Positions 20,701 through 31,966 of a DNA stretch of 64,000 bases are shown piece by piece. Below the pieces are notes generated by a model. That model searched no databases. It worked only from the letters and a program-made list of their open reading frames with translations, and had not been told where the DNA came from. How positions within the stretch are numbered: the first letter of the stretch is position 1; every line of letters starts with the position of its first letter. The stretch comes from Chitinophagaceae bacterium (GTDB taxonomy: Bacteria; Bacteroidota; Bacteroidia; Chitinophagales; Chitinophagaceae): assembly GCA_037045605.1 (NCBI GenBank), contig JBAOHK010000009.1:3866-67865 (forward strand), in the 5' to 3' direction. A program made the position numbers and the translations under genes.

Positions 20701-21304
20701 CGTTTCAACCAACGGAACCAGAAGCGGCGCCGCTACTATTCCATTTAACACTGATGTTAAAGGCCTGGTAAACCCATCCGGAGATAATGACTATTATAAA
20801 TTTGTAATTACTACCGGCGGAACCATTACTATGACCTTAACTACATTGCCTGCCAATTACCATTTACGGTTATTAAACAGTTCCGGCAGTACTGTACAAA
20901 CTTCCAGTAACAGTGGTACCACCAATGAAACAATTAGCAGGACTGTTACAGCAGGTACCTATTATGCAAGGGTTTACCCAAGTAATACCAATCAATGGAA
21001 TGCAACTAGCTGTTATACTCTCAGGGTTGCTTTAGGTACTGCGAGCAGGGAAGAAGACCTGATAACAGTGAATAAGATCAGCGTATTCCCTAATCCGGTA
21101 GCTAATTCGGTGAATGTGAGAATACCGGGTATCCAGGGGATGGCTGATATCCGTGTATTTGATATTTATGGTAAAATGCTGATGCAAAGAAACAGCAGCC
21201 AGGTAAACACTCAATTGGATGTGTCTGCACTTCCTTCAGGTGTTTATATGGTTAAAGTAGTGAATAATGATAAGGAATGCACCATGAAGATTGTGAAAGA
21301 GTAA
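17760..21304 (+). pseudogene. Secreted metzincin (reprolysin-like) zinc metalloprotease with 2 FN3 domains, 2 PPC domains and a T9SS C-terminal sorting domain; at least 3 frameshifts in the N-terminal 1.3 kb
   Basis: ORFs 17760-18185, 18028-18495, 18540-19055 and 18998-21304 join. Motifs include HEVGHQLGANH, tandem FN3, two DNDYF/NDYYKF...YY(I/A)RV PPC modules, and the C-terminal VFPNPV...GVYMVKV Por_Secre_tail. Confidence 0.75.
19775..20311 (+). repeat. Tandem in-frame duplication of an 87-codon FN3-like unit (19775-20035 and 20051-20311)
   Basis: The two units align residue by residue (SYDVDYK..SSGTW.NA.TGTTS.SVNLSGLA...LYDWRVR.NC..GSSAYAQ.QFTT). The period is 276 nt. Confidence 0.8.
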
Positions 21305-21322
21305 ATGATTATTCTTTTAATA

Positions 21323-21355
21323 AGAAAGCCCCGTCAGAAATGACGGGGCTTTCTT
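21323..21355. terminator. Bidirectional terminator between the protease gene and dapD
   Basis: AAGAAAGCCCCGTCA / TGACGGGGCTTTCTT perfect stem with loop GAAA. Confidence 0.65.
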
Positions 21356-21377
21356 ATATTATAGCAGGCTGGTATTT

Positions 21378-22184
21378 TTATACACTTACATTAAAATCTC
21401 TCAGCGCATCATTTAAACTTGTTTTAAGATCAGTACTGGGTTTCCGCTGCCCGATTATCAATGCACATCCAACGCCAAACTCTCCGGCCGGGAATTTTTT
21501 GGTGTAAGAACCTGGTATCACAACACTTCTTGCAGGTACCCTTCCTTTCATCTCAATGGGTGAGGGCCCACTAACATCAATAATTTTAGTTGATTGTGTC
21601 AACACAACATTTGCTCCCAGAACCGCTTCCGTTTCAACTATTACACCTTCCACCACAATACAGCGGCTGCCGATGAAACATCCGTCTTCAATAATTACAG
21701 GCGAAGCTTGCAATGGTTCCAGTACACCACCAATTCCCACACCACCGCTCAGGTGAACACCTTTGCCTATCTGTGCACAACTGCCAACGGTAGCCCATGT
21801 ATCCACCATCGTTCCTTCATCAACATAAGCTCCAATATTTACATAGGATGGCATCAATACAACATTCTTTGCAAGGTAGGCTCCGTATCTTGCTACTGCA
21901 TGGGGAACGGCCCTTACTCCCAGGTCTTTATAATTTTTCTTCAGCAACATTTTATCATAGAATTCAAACGGTGCCACATCCCAGGTTTGCATTTGCTGTA
22001 TACCAAAATATAACAGGATAGCCTGTTTCACCCATTCGTTCACAACCCAGCCACTTTCAGACGGGGATGCTGTTCTTAACCTTCCTTTATCCACTTCCTC
22101 AATAACATATCTTACCGCATCGCTGTATTTTTTATCCTTTAATAAATCACGGTTCGCCCATGCCTCAAGTATCAGTTCTTTCAT
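21378..22184 (-). CDS. dapD: 2,3,4,5-tetrahydropyridine-2,6-dicarboxylate N-succinyltransferase
   Basis: 268 aa with hexapeptide-repeat C-terminus and a DapD-type N-terminal domain (WANRDLLKDKKY...). Confidence 0.85.
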   Translation of the reverse strand: MKELILEAWANRDLLKDKKYSDAVRYVIEEVDKGRLRTASPSESGWVVNEWVKQAILLYFGIQQMQTWDVAPFEFYDKMLLKKNYKDLGVRAVPHAVARYGAYLAKNVVLMPSYVNIGAYVDEGTMVDTWATVGSCAQIGKGVHLSGGVGIGGVLEPLQASPVIIEDGCFIGSRCIVVEGVIVETEAVLGANVVLTQSTKIIDVSGPSPIEMKGRVPARSVVIPGSYTKKFPAGEFGVGCALIIGQRKPSTDLKTSLNDALRDFNVSV

Positions 22185-22281
22185 TAGTAAAAATTTGCTG
22201 CGAAAATAGTCAATAGTAAATTGCGAACATTCAATCTTCTTGTTTACCCGACTTGCTCTTTTTCAGACTTATATTTGTTCC

Positions 22282-23433
22282 ATGAATATCGGGTTTGATG
22301 CAAAAAGGGCTTTTCACAATGGCACGGGACTGGGGCATTACAGCCGGACACTGCTGCATTCACTGTCTCAGTATTACCCGGAGCATCAGTACTATTTATT
22401 TAACCCAAAACCATCAGGATCGTTTGAAGTGCGGGGAAATAATCTTCAGGAAATTTTGCCGAAGGGGGTATTCAGCCAATTTTTCAGTTCAGCCTGGCGC
22501 AGCAGCTGGGTAAAAAAAGATTTGCAACGACTTAAAATCGATTTGTATCATGGGTTGAGCCATGAAATACCCATGGGCATTCAAAAAACCGGTATTAAAT
22601 CAGTTGTTACTATCCATGACCTTATCCATGAACGATACCCGGAGCAGTATAATGCTATTGATGTAAAAATTTACAGAAAGAAATTCCGTTATGCATGTGA
22701 ACATGCAGACAAGGTGATCGCCATCAGCGAACAAACCAAAAGAGATATTATTGACTTTTACAAGATACCGGAGAAAAAGATCACCGTATGTTATCAGAGT
22801 TGCAATCCTGCTTTTGCTAAAGCAGTAAGTGATGAAGAGAAGCAGAAAGCAAAAGAAAAGTATGGATTGCCCGGTCAATTCTTTTTATCTGTTGGTTCTA
22901 TCATTGAAAGAAAAAACCTCCTGAATATCTGTAAAGCAATTTCCCTTTTAAGAGATGAACTGGATATTCCGCTTGTTGTAATTGGCGATGGGGGCAGGTA
23001 CAAAGAACAGGTTAAGGAGTATGTAACGGGAAATGGATTGAGCGACAGAATTATCTTTCTTTCGGAAACCTTCGCAGCGAAATCTTCTCCTTCTTTTAAA
23101 ACAGCTGCTGATTTTCCGGCTATTTATCAATCTGCTATCGCCATGATATACCCATCATTTTTTGAAGGGTTTGGCATTCCCGTGTTAGAAGCCTTGTGGA
23201 GTAAACTGCCGGTCATCACTTCCAATGTTTCTTGTTTGCCGGAAGCCGGGGGCGTCGGGGCTTATTATATAAACCCTGCCAGTGCAGAGGAAATAGCTGA
23301 GGCGATGAAGAAGATATATTCAGATAAACAATTTGCAACAGCTATAGCAGAGAAAGGCTGGCAGCATGCACAAAATTTCACACAACAAAAATGTGCCGCA
23401 TCTGTAATGGATGTTTATAAAAGTATATGGTAG
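22282..23433 (+). CDS. Glycosyltransferase family 4 (GT-B)
   Basis: Start set at MNIGFDAKRAF. The C-terminal half has the EGFGIPVLEA motif typical of GT4. Confidence 0.8.
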   Translation: MNIGFDAKRAFHNGTGLGHYSRTLLHSLSQYYPEHQYYLFNPKPSGSFEVRGNNLQEILPKGVFSQFFSSAWRSSWVKKDLQRLKIDLYHGLSHEIPMGIQKTGIKSVVTIHDLIHERYPEQYNAIDVKIYRKKFRYACEHADKVIAISEQTKRDIIDFYKIPEKKITVCYQSCNPAFAKAVSDEEKQKAKEKYGLPGQFFLSVGSIIERKNLLNICKAISLLRDELDIPLVVIGDGGRYKEQVKEYVTGNGLSDRIIFLSETFAAKSSPSFKTAADFPAIYQSAIAMIYPSFFEGFGIPVLEALWSKLPVITSNVSCLPEAGGVGAYYINPASAEEIAEAMKKIYSDKQFATAIAEKGWQHAQNFTQQKCAASVMDVYKSIW

Positions 23434-23996
23434 ATTTTGAGAAAGATATCGAACAATGTTTGGAAGTGCTGAAAGGCGGCGGCCTCATTTTATATCCTAC
23501 GGACACGGTATGGGGTATCGGCTGCGATGCAACGAATGAGAAAGCCGTGGAAAGAATCTATGCTTTAAAGAAAAGACCGGATAAAAAAGCAATGATCGTT
23601 TTAGTGGCAGACGAAAGGGATGTACTCCAGCATGTGGCCAGTCCGGACCTTGCTGTGTTTGATTATCTGCAGGATGCCAAAAAACCGACAACCGTTATTT
23701 ACGACGGGGCTATAGGCCTTGCTGATAACTTAGTTGCGGAGGATAGCAGTGTTGCTATTCGCATTTGCAACGATGAATTTTGCAGGCATCTTATTAAAAG
23801 ATTTCGCAAGCCCGTTGTGTCTACCTCGGCAAATATTTCCGGTAAACCAACGGCTAAAACATTTACTGATATCGCCGATGAGATAAAAGAAGGTGTTGAT
23901 TATATCGTCAGTTACAAACAGGATGATACAACTATTGCAGAACCTTCTTCGGTAATAAAATGGGATAATGGGAAACCCGAAATTCTGAGGCCCTGA
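23427..23996 (+). CDS. tsaC: L-threonylcarbamoyladenylate synthase (TsaC/YrdC family)
   Basis: LYPTDTVWGIGCDA, KKRP..K..IVLV and VSTSANISG motifs. It overlaps the upstream stop by 7 nt. Confidence 0.85.
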   Translation: MVDFEKDIEQCLEVLKGGGLILYPTDTVWGIGCDATNEKAVERIYALKKRPDKKAMIVLVADERDVLQHVASPDLAVFDYLQDAKKPTTVIYDGAIGLADNLVAEDSSVAIRICNDEFCRHLIKRFRKPVVSTSANISGKPTAKTFTDIADEIKEGVDYIVSYKQDDTTIAEPSSVIKWDNGKPEILRP

Positions 23997-24032
23997 GCTT
24001 TAAACTTTCTTCAGATTATCTTTGTCTCGCAT

Positions 24033-25457
24033 ATGGAAATCAACTGCACAGAAAAGGAATTGTTTTTATTAAAGAAAGTCGCCAATGCTGCGGAAGCTTT
24101 GGGAGTGGAGACTTATTTGATAGGTGGCTTTGTAAGGGATAAAATATTGAACAGGGAAACGAAAGACGCTGATATTGTCTGTGTTGGTGATGGTATTGAA
24201 CTGGCAAAAGAAGTAGCTAAACAATTTAACCCGGTTCCCCAGGTTGACTACTTTAAAAATTTCGGAACTGCTCATATAAAGGTGACGGACGATTTTGATA
24301 TTGAATTTGTAGGGGCAAGAAAGGAAAGCTACCAGTTTGATTCCCGTAAGCCCGAAGTAGAGCCCGGAACGATAGTGGATGACCAGAACCGGAGAGATTT
24401 TACCATAAATGCATTGGCCATAAACCTCAACAAAAAAGATTATGGCAAGTTGATCGATCCGTTTAATGGATTAAAAGATCTGGAGGGCAGAATCATCAGA
24501 ACGCCGCTGGAGCCGGCAGAAACATTCAGTGATGACCCACTGCGGATGATGCGGGCAATTCGTTTTGCCACACAGTTGAATTTTGTCATCGAAGAGAGAA
24601 CATGGCAGGGGATAAAAGACAGTACGGCGAGAATTAAGATCATTTCGCAGGAAAGAATAACCGATGAGCTGAATAAGATAATTGCTTCGCCAAAACCATC
24701 CATTGGTTTTGATTTGTTATATAAAAGCGGTTTGCTGCAAATTATTTTTCCAGCCATGGTTGATTTGGCGGGAGCGGAGTATAAAGACGGACTTGGGCAT
24801 AAAGATAATTTTTATCACACCCTGCAAGTGCTGGATAATTTGTCGGCGAATACAAAAGATCTATGGCTGCGTTGGGCCGCCGTGTTGCATGATATTGCAA
24901 AACCAGTCACAAAAAAATTTGAAGATGGTCACGGCTGGACATTTCATGGGCATGAAGTTGTAGGAGGAAGGATGGTACCAAAGATCTTCACAAAACTGAA
25001 ATTACCCCAGAACGAAAAGATGCGGTTTGTAAGAAAAATGGTGGAGCTGCATTTGCGTCCGATCAGCCTTACAAAAGAGAATATTACTGATTCTGCGGTC
25101 CGCCGTTTATTATTTGATGCCGGAGAAGATTTTGATTCTCTGATGATGCTTTGTGAAGCAGATATTACTTCAAAGAATAAGCAAAAAGTGAAACGGTTCC
25201 TGGAAAACTTTCAATGGGTACGCCAACGGTGCAAAGAAGTGGAAGAAAAAGACCATGTCCGCAACTGGCAGCCGCCAATAACCGGAGAGATCATCATGAA
25301 AACATTCGGATTATCACCTTCCCGTGAAGTTGGTTTTATTAAGGATGCCCTTAAGGATGCCATGCTGGATGGAATAATACCCAATACTTACGAAGCCGCA
25401 CATGAATTCATGTTGCAAAAAGGGAAAGAGCTTGGGTTGAAGGAGGTTAAGTCCTAA
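24033..25457 (+). CDS. cca: CCA-adding tRNA nucleotidyltransferase / poly(A) polymerase family protein with HD domain
   Basis: GGFVRDKILNR..KDADIV head-domain motif and RRDFTINA, with a downstream HD region (LHDIAKP). Confidence 0.8.
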   Translation: MEINCTEKELFLLKKVANAAEALGVETYLIGGFVRDKILNRETKDADIVCVGDGIELAKEVAKQFNPVPQVDYFKNFGTAHIKVTDDFDIEFVGARKESYQFDSRKPEVEPGTIVDDQNRRDFTINALAINLNKKDYGKLIDPFNGLKDLEGRIIRTPLEPAETFSDDPLRMMRAIRFATQLNFVIEERTWQGIKDSTARIKIISQERITDELNKIIASPKPSIGFDLLYKSGLLQIIFPAMVDLAGAEYKDGLGHKDNFYHTLQVLDNLSANTKDLWLRWAAVLHDIAKPVTKKFEDGHGWTFHGHEVVGGRMVPKIFTKLKLPQNEKMRFVRKMVELHLRPISLTKENITDSAVRRLLFDAGEDFDSLMMLCEADITSKNKQKVKRFLENFQWVRQRCKEVEEKDHVRNWQPPITGEIIMKTFGLSPSREVGFIKDALKDAMLDGIIPNTYEAAHEFMLQKGKELGLKEVKS

Positions 25458-25466
25458 ATTTGTCAT

Positions 25467-26033
25467 ATGGCAATTTTAAAGTTTAGAGTATATCTTGAAG
25501 AAGATGAAAGTGTGTACCGTGATGTAGTTATCCGTCATACACAAACTTTTCAGGATCTGCATGAAGCGATTTTGAAAGCTTATGAATTCGATAATAAGCA
25601 CAAGGCCACTTTTTATCGCAGTAATGACCACTGGCTGAGGGGCAGGGAGATCTCACTGGAGAAATATGATAAAGAATACAAAGCGCCGCCATTGATCATG
25701 GGTGAAACAACTATCGGCTCTGAAATAAGGGACCCTAATCAACGGTTTATTTACCAATATGATTTTAATAAGAACTGGGGATTTCTTGTCGAACTAATCA
25801 ATGTTTCAAAAGAAGAAAATCCAAAGGTTATGTATCCTTCAGTGGCAAGGACGGAAGGCATTGCACCCAGCCAGTATGGAACCAAAGGCCTGTTGGGGGA
25901 GAAATTTGCAGATATTGAGGAAAAGTATGATTTGACACAGGTTAGTGGTGATGGATTTAGTGAAAAGGATGAAGAGGGTGAAGATGTTGGCTTAGGTGAA
26001 GCAGGAGCAATGGAAGGTGAGGAAGAAGTATAA
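25467..26033 (+). CDS. pRiA4b ORF-3-like (PRiA4_ORF3 family) protein with acidic tail
   Basis: FRVYLEEDESVYRDVVI...TFQDLHEAILKAYEFDNKH..F resembles the family signature. Confidence 0.55.
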   Translation: MAILKFRVYLEEDESVYRDVVIRHTQTFQDLHEAILKAYEFDNKHKATFYRSNDHWLRGREISLEKYDKEYKAPPLIMGETTIGSEIRDPNQRFIYQYDFNKNWGFLVELINVSKEENPKVMYPSVARTEGIAPSQYGTKGLLGEKFADIEEKYDLTQVSGDGFSEKDEEGEDVGLGEAGAMEGEEEV

Positions 26034-26059
26034 TTAATCATATTGAAAATATTCAAATG

Positions 26060-26083
26060 CCCCGGTCAACAGCCGGGGTTTTT
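26060..26083 (+). terminator. Rho-independent terminator
   Basis: CCCCGG / CCGGGG stem followed by T5. Confidence 0.5.
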
Positions 26084-26094
26084 AAATCAGGTTA

Positions 26095-27009
26095 ATGTCA
26101 CAAACCGGTAATAAAACTGTTATCATCATTGCTGGACCGACAGCAGTTGGTAAAACAACTGTTGCGATCAGGCTGGCAAAACATTTTAAAACGGAGATCA
26201 TATCAGCCGATAGCCGCCAGTGTTATAAAGAGCTGATTATTGGAGTGGCAAAACCTTCGGAAGAAGAACTGGAGGAAGTGCCACATCATTTTATCGCTTC
26301 TCACTCTGTTCAGGAAGAAGTAACAGCAGTAACATTTGAGCAATTCGCCTTGCAGAAAGTAAATGAACTATTTCGGGAGAATGACATTGTCATTATGGTG
26401 GGCGGCACGGGACTTTACATTAAGGCTTTTTGCGAAGGGCTTGATCTGGTTCCTGAGATTGACCCGGCCATCCGCCAACATATTATTAAATCTTATGAAG
26501 AAAAAGGGATGAGTTGGTTGCAGCAACAGTTAGCTGAAAAAGACGCTTTGTTCAGTGAAACAGGTGAAATGCAGAACCCACAGCGGATGATGCGGGCACT
26601 GGAAGTAGTTGAAAGTACCGGGCAATCGGTTCTTTCTTTCCGCAAAGGAGAAAAAGCAAAAAGGAATTTTAAAATAATTAAGATAGGGTTAGAATTGCCA
26701 AAAGAGGAATTGCACAGGAATATTCATACAAGGGTGGATAGGATGGTGGAGGCTGGTTTATTAGAAGAAGTAAAACGGCTAACTCCTTTCAGGAATTTGA
26801 ATGCCCTGCAAACGGTTGGCTATGCAGAGGTGTTTGAGCAGCTTGATGGTACTATTTCTCCAGAGGAAGCTATTGAAAAGGTAAAAACGCATACCCGGCA
26901 ATATGCCAAACGGCAGATGACATGGTTCAGAAAGGATAAAGACTTTATCTGGTTTCATCCGTCTCAAATTGAAAAAATAAAAGGCACCATCACTGATGCC
27001 CTTGATTAG
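26095..27009 (+). CDS. miaA: tRNA dimethylallyltransferase
   Basis: P-loop IIIAGPTAVGKT, SADSRQCYKEL and the RQ.TWFR C-terminal motif. Confidence 0.9.
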   Translation: MSQTGNKTVIIIAGPTAVGKTTVAIRLAKHFKTEIISADSRQCYKELIIGVAKPSEEELEEVPHHFIASHSVQEEVTAVTFEQFALQKVNELFRENDIVIMVGGTGLYIKAFCEGLDLVPEIDPAIRQHIIKSYEEKGMSWLQQQLAEKDALFSETGEMQNPQRMMRALEVVESTGQSVLSFRKGEKAKRNFKIIKIGLELPKEELHRNIHTRVDRMVEAGLLEEVKRLTPFRNLNALQTVGYAEVFEQLDGTISPEEAIEKVKTHTRQYAKRQMTWFRKDKDFIWFHPSQIEKIKGTITDALD

Positions 27010-27027
27010 CGGTTGTTTCGGCTACGA

Positions 27028-28575
27028 CTAAATTTTAAAACCAACAGTCAGCAACGCATTACCTCCCGTTTGTTTTATGCTTGCACCTGAATAGCTGTTG
27101 TTTTGTAAACGATAGGCAAAATGAACATCCTTTCCCATTGTGTGAACATAAGTAAGATCAACGAATATACCCTTGTTACGATAGCCTAATCCGCCACTCA
27201 AAGAAAAGCGGCTTCCTTTTTCTGCATGCCCGAGGTCTTTGTAAGGATTCCCATAATAAGCGAAGCCGAGTCTGGCCATAATAGTTGTAAACTTTAACTC
27301 GCCGCCTGCTTTAAAGTTGAAAGCCCCTTTATAGGCATTGTCAATAGCCTTGTTCAGTGATTTCAGGTAGTTTTTTGTTTCCTGTGTGTTATCACTTTCA
27401 GGATCTGTTTTAAAGGAGGAAGCCTTATAGTTCACATATTCAATATCGGCGGTAAGAAAGCCTTTTTGCTTTCTTACATCTTCAATCTCTCTTAATACAT
27501 AAGAAGCACTGGCCATGATGCGGTAGGGTGTGATATGCCAGTACCTGAATTCAGCATCCGTTCCATTCGTAAACAGGTCCGACTCCTGGGTTAATGTTCC
27601 TTTATAGGTTTCAGTATTTGTAGTTACAGACGCATTGTATTTATCCGTCAGCATATAAAATGAAGGAGAATGAAAGGCAAGGCCAAGGCGTACATATTCT
27701 ACGGGTTTATAGATAACACCCATTTTCAGGTTCAGCCCCACACCACTGGTGGTAAGATTTTCTGTAAGGGATGCGAAGTCAAATTTATTGGTGGTATTAG
27801 TTGTTGCATCTGCCTCAGTGAAAGTGGCTTCCTTTTCGTAATGCAGGAAAGGGATAGCAATTGTTCCGCCATAATAAATTTTATCGTTGTGGTTACCTGC
27901 AATACCAAGTGCCAGTTCTGTAATACCACCCCTGTTTGTCACCCTGTTTTCCTGTAATAGATTGCCGATAGTTGCCCTGCTCTGAAACTGGTAGTTGCCG
28001 GATGTTCCTCCTGCTATGGTATCAATCCAGTAAGTATTGAATGCAAGACTGGTGCCGAAGGGATAATTTTCTGCTACGCTGTTTGCATCCTTGTCATTAT
28101 TATTATTTATTTCCTCCAGGAATTTTTGTGAATACGAGTTTTGCTTGTTCTCACCACGGTAAAGAATATTGCTGCCAAACGTAGCTGTACTGTTTATGGC
28201 AAGGGCAAATGCAGCACCTGATTTCTTATGGTTTCTGTTCTCTGTACCTGTTCCAAGCACTACTCCTGTTGTTCCGATTCCAAAACCATTCTTTTTATCT
28301 TGTTCAATTCGTCCATAATAAGTGGATTTGTTTTTTAATAAATTAAAAGCAGGAGTGATGACAAAATCACCTGTTTTGTAAAAACCGAGGCCGGCAGGAT
28401 TTATAAAAGTGGCGGAAAGGTCACCTCCGAGTGAGGTCATGGCACCACCAACTGCCTGCTGCCTGGCCGTTCCGCTGGAAGTGATCCAGGAATAACGAAG
28501 TGCATCTGCTGGTTCTTGTGCAAGAACAGAACTGGCTGGCACAATAAAAGTCAGTATGAAAAATATCTTTCTCAT
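27028..28575 (-). CDS. Outer-membrane beta-barrel protein, FadL/OmpP1-like (tentative family)
   Basis: Signal peptide, alternating beta-strand pattern and a terminal ...LLTVGFKI beta-signal ending in a hydrophobic residue. Confidence 0.5.
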   Translation of the reverse strand: MRKIFFILTFIVPASSVLAQEPADALRYSWITSSGTARQQAVGGAMTSLGGDLSATFINPAGLGFYKTGDFVITPAFNLLKNKSTYYGRIEQDKKNGFGIGTTGVVLGTGTENRNHKKSGAAFALAINSTATFGSNILYRGENKQNSYSQKFLEEINNNNDKDANSVAENYPFGTSLAFNTYWIDTIAGGTSGNYQFQSRATIGNLLQENRVTNRGGITELALGIAGNHNDKIYYGGTIAIPFLHYEKEATFTEADATTNTTNKFDFASLTENLTTSGVGLNLKMGVIYKPVEYVRLGLAFHSPSFYMLTDKYNASVTTNTETYKGTLTQESDLFTNGTDAEFRYWHITPYRIMASASYVLREIEDVRKQKGFLTADIEYVNYKASSFKTDPESDNTQETKNYLKSLNKAIDNAYKGAFNFKAGGELKFTTIMARLGFAYYGNPYKDLGHAEKGSRFSLSGGLGYRNKGIFVDLTYVHTMGKDVHFAYRLQNNSYSGASIKQTGGNALLTVGFKI

Positions 28576-28629
28576 ATATCATGAATTAATGGCAATGAAT
28601 AATATGTTCAGAAAAATGAACGTTGCTTG

Positions 28630-28662
28630 GTATAATAAATAGCCTTTCAGGGAAAGGCTATT
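28630..28662 (-). terminator. Terminator after the low-complexity lipoprotein gene
   Basis: TAGCCTTTC / GAAAGGCTA stem. On the minus strand it is followed by TTTATTAT. Confidence 0.45.
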
Positions 28663-28671
28663 AGAGGTATT

Positions 28672-29373
28672 TTAAAATCTCCTTACAGGTGCATTACTGC
28701 TGCTGCCGGATGAAGATGAGCCGGAACTGCCAGAACTGCTGCTGGAAGAAGAGTTGTTATTAGAACTGCCACTTGATGAGTTGTTGTTACTCTTGAAAAT
28801 ATTCCTGAGAATATTCCCTGAGTTACTATCATCATTTGATTTCCTGTTCCTCGGGGCAGTATAGGTGTTATTATTATTATTGTAAGAACCGTTGCCTGAA
28901 CTTATGTATTTAGGATTTGAATAATTGCTGTTTGTCAGCGCATTATTGTTGTAGGTGTTCAGGTTGAATGTTCTTGGTCTTGTATAAGCTACTGATTTGG
29001 GATTGATGATAATTGTGTTGTGGTAATAAGGATTATAGTAGCTGTTCCAATAAGTGTAAGGCGTCCAGGGATTACCAAAGCAGCAGCAATTATAGACACT
29101 ATAATTATAACGACGGCTATAGTAATAAGGATCGTCAAGGTCTGACCAGCGGTAACGGTTTCTTACTTTCATACGCAGATACTGGTCCTCATAATACTCA
29201 TCATCGTTATTCCGATATTCGTTATCCTCTTCTGTTTCAGATTTTACATATTCATCCTGCGGTCGGGTAGGAGAATAATAAACATCATCAGGAGTTTGGC
29301 CGGTTTTATAAGCGGTGGTGCAACTGCTTAATGCGGCTACAGTTAATGCCAGGAGTAAAATTTTTGATTTCAT
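28672..29373 (-). CDS. Lipoprotein with an extreme Tyr/Asn/Ser-rich low-complexity region and poly-Ser tail
   Basis: Lipobox LSSCTT, then a Y/N/D/E-rich region, a CCC motif, and NNNSSSGSSNNNSSSSSSSGSSGSSSSGSSS. Confidence 0.6.
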   Translation of the reverse strand: MKSKILLLALTVAALSSCTTAYKTGQTPDDVYYSPTRPQDEYVKSETEEDNEYRNNDDEYYEDQYLRMKVRNRYRWSDLDDPYYYSRRYNYSVYNCCCFGNPWTPYTYWNSYYNPYYHNTIIINPKSVAYTRPRTFNLNTYNNNALTNSNYSNPKYISSGNGSYNNNNNTYTAPRNRKSNDDSNSGNILRNIFKSNNNSSSGSSNNNSSSSSSSGSSGSSSSGSSSNAPVRRF

Positions 29374-29502
29374 GGCAAATGGTTTAGTCGGGTTATAGAA
29401 TGAAGTTACTACTTTTGTGCGACTTTAAGCGGCACACAATCGTTTGCATTTATGCAGCAAAGATTTAACCAATCGGCGAATTATTGCATGATGGCCTGTT
29501 AA

Positions 29503-31026
<1,524 letters not shown>

Positions 31027-31038
31027 AAAGGGGGCGAA

Positions 31039-31854
31039 TTATTTTGTAGACAGGTAGTTGTAGTCCTTTAACAGTACATCTAAGAAATCAAACGGCGGCA
31101 TGGTAGATTCTATCTTCAGGTGTGATTTTATTTTATAACAGGCCGATTCTGCCATATTGTAATCACCTCTTTTTCGGGCAGTTTCTAAAATGCTTTTTAT
31201 GGCATTGATGTCTTTGTCGCTTAACTGCATTATTTGCGGAAAAGAGGGAATATAACTGTCTGCCACATCAATAAAGACAGTATCTTCTATATTGCTTTTT
31301 GCGTTAATACGGATCAGGATGGTTTTGGCAAGTATATCGCCAATGCGTTGACCTTTTTTTGATGAGACCACCAGCACAATATCTGTTATCAGGAAAGCCA
31401 GCAACACAATGATCAGGAAGGTGGTTTCCATATTATGGCTCAAATCCGGGTTTGACAATAAGTAATAAACTAAACGGAGTATCCAGATATCGGACAAACG
31501 CAAAAGCCAGCGGATAATAAACTGGCTGATACCGGGTCGTCCCCCATTTTCATTTACCACCCGGATGTTCATTATTTTTTTTCCAATACTTTGTCCGTTC
31601 GTTGTTATTTCCATCACCACATGGTAGATCATTACTGGTAATAACAACAGCAATTCAAGAGCCCATAGATCATACATGGTTCCAGTTCCAAAGTCGCCGT
31701 TCCTCCTTATACTTTCATAAATAGCCCCGGCAAGCACCAGGTAGAAGTATTGAAACGTCATGTCAATAATAAGGGACAGCAACCTTCGGTAAAACTCAGG
31801 AATCTCAAATTCTACGTCAATATTAAAGTTGGTAGGTACTTTTATGACCGCCAT
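31039..31854 (-). CDS. RDD family membrane protein
   Basis: FYRRLLSLIIDMTF N-terminal RDD-type motif, 3-4 TM segments and a soluble C-terminal domain. Confidence 0.55.
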   Translation of the reverse strand: MAVIKVPTNFNIDVEFEIPEFYRRLLSLIIDMTFQYFYLVLAGAIYESIRRNGDFGTGTMYDLWALELLLLLPVMIYHVVMEITTNGQSIGKKIMNIRVVNENGGRPGISQFIIRWLLRLSDIWILRLVYYLLSNPDLSHNMETTFLIIVLLAFLITDIVLVVSSKKGQRIGDILAKTILIRINAKSNIEDTVFIDVADSYIPSFPQIMQLSDKDINAIKSILETARKRGDYNMAESACYKIKSHLKIESTMPPFDFLDVLLKDYNYLSTK

Positions 31855-31966
31855 TAGCCGGGTTCTTGTTTAGGCCTTCAAATTAGTATTTTTTATAGAA
31901 TTAAATTTTAAATGGCTGCTTTTATCTTTACCTAAATGCAGTATTTTACAACCCAAAGAACCGATT

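Noticed and set aside
22270-22277. TATATTTG -7-like box upstream of the glycosyltransferase gene.
   Set aside because: It ends only 5 nt before the ATG, which would place the transcription start inside the coding sequence. I did not report it as a promoter.
25467-26033. pRiA4b ORF-3-like gene as evidence of a plasmid or IS-derived insertion.
   Set aside because: No transposase or inverted repeats are present. The gene is sandwiched between cca and miaA with short gaps, which looks like a domesticated, conserved chromosomal gene.
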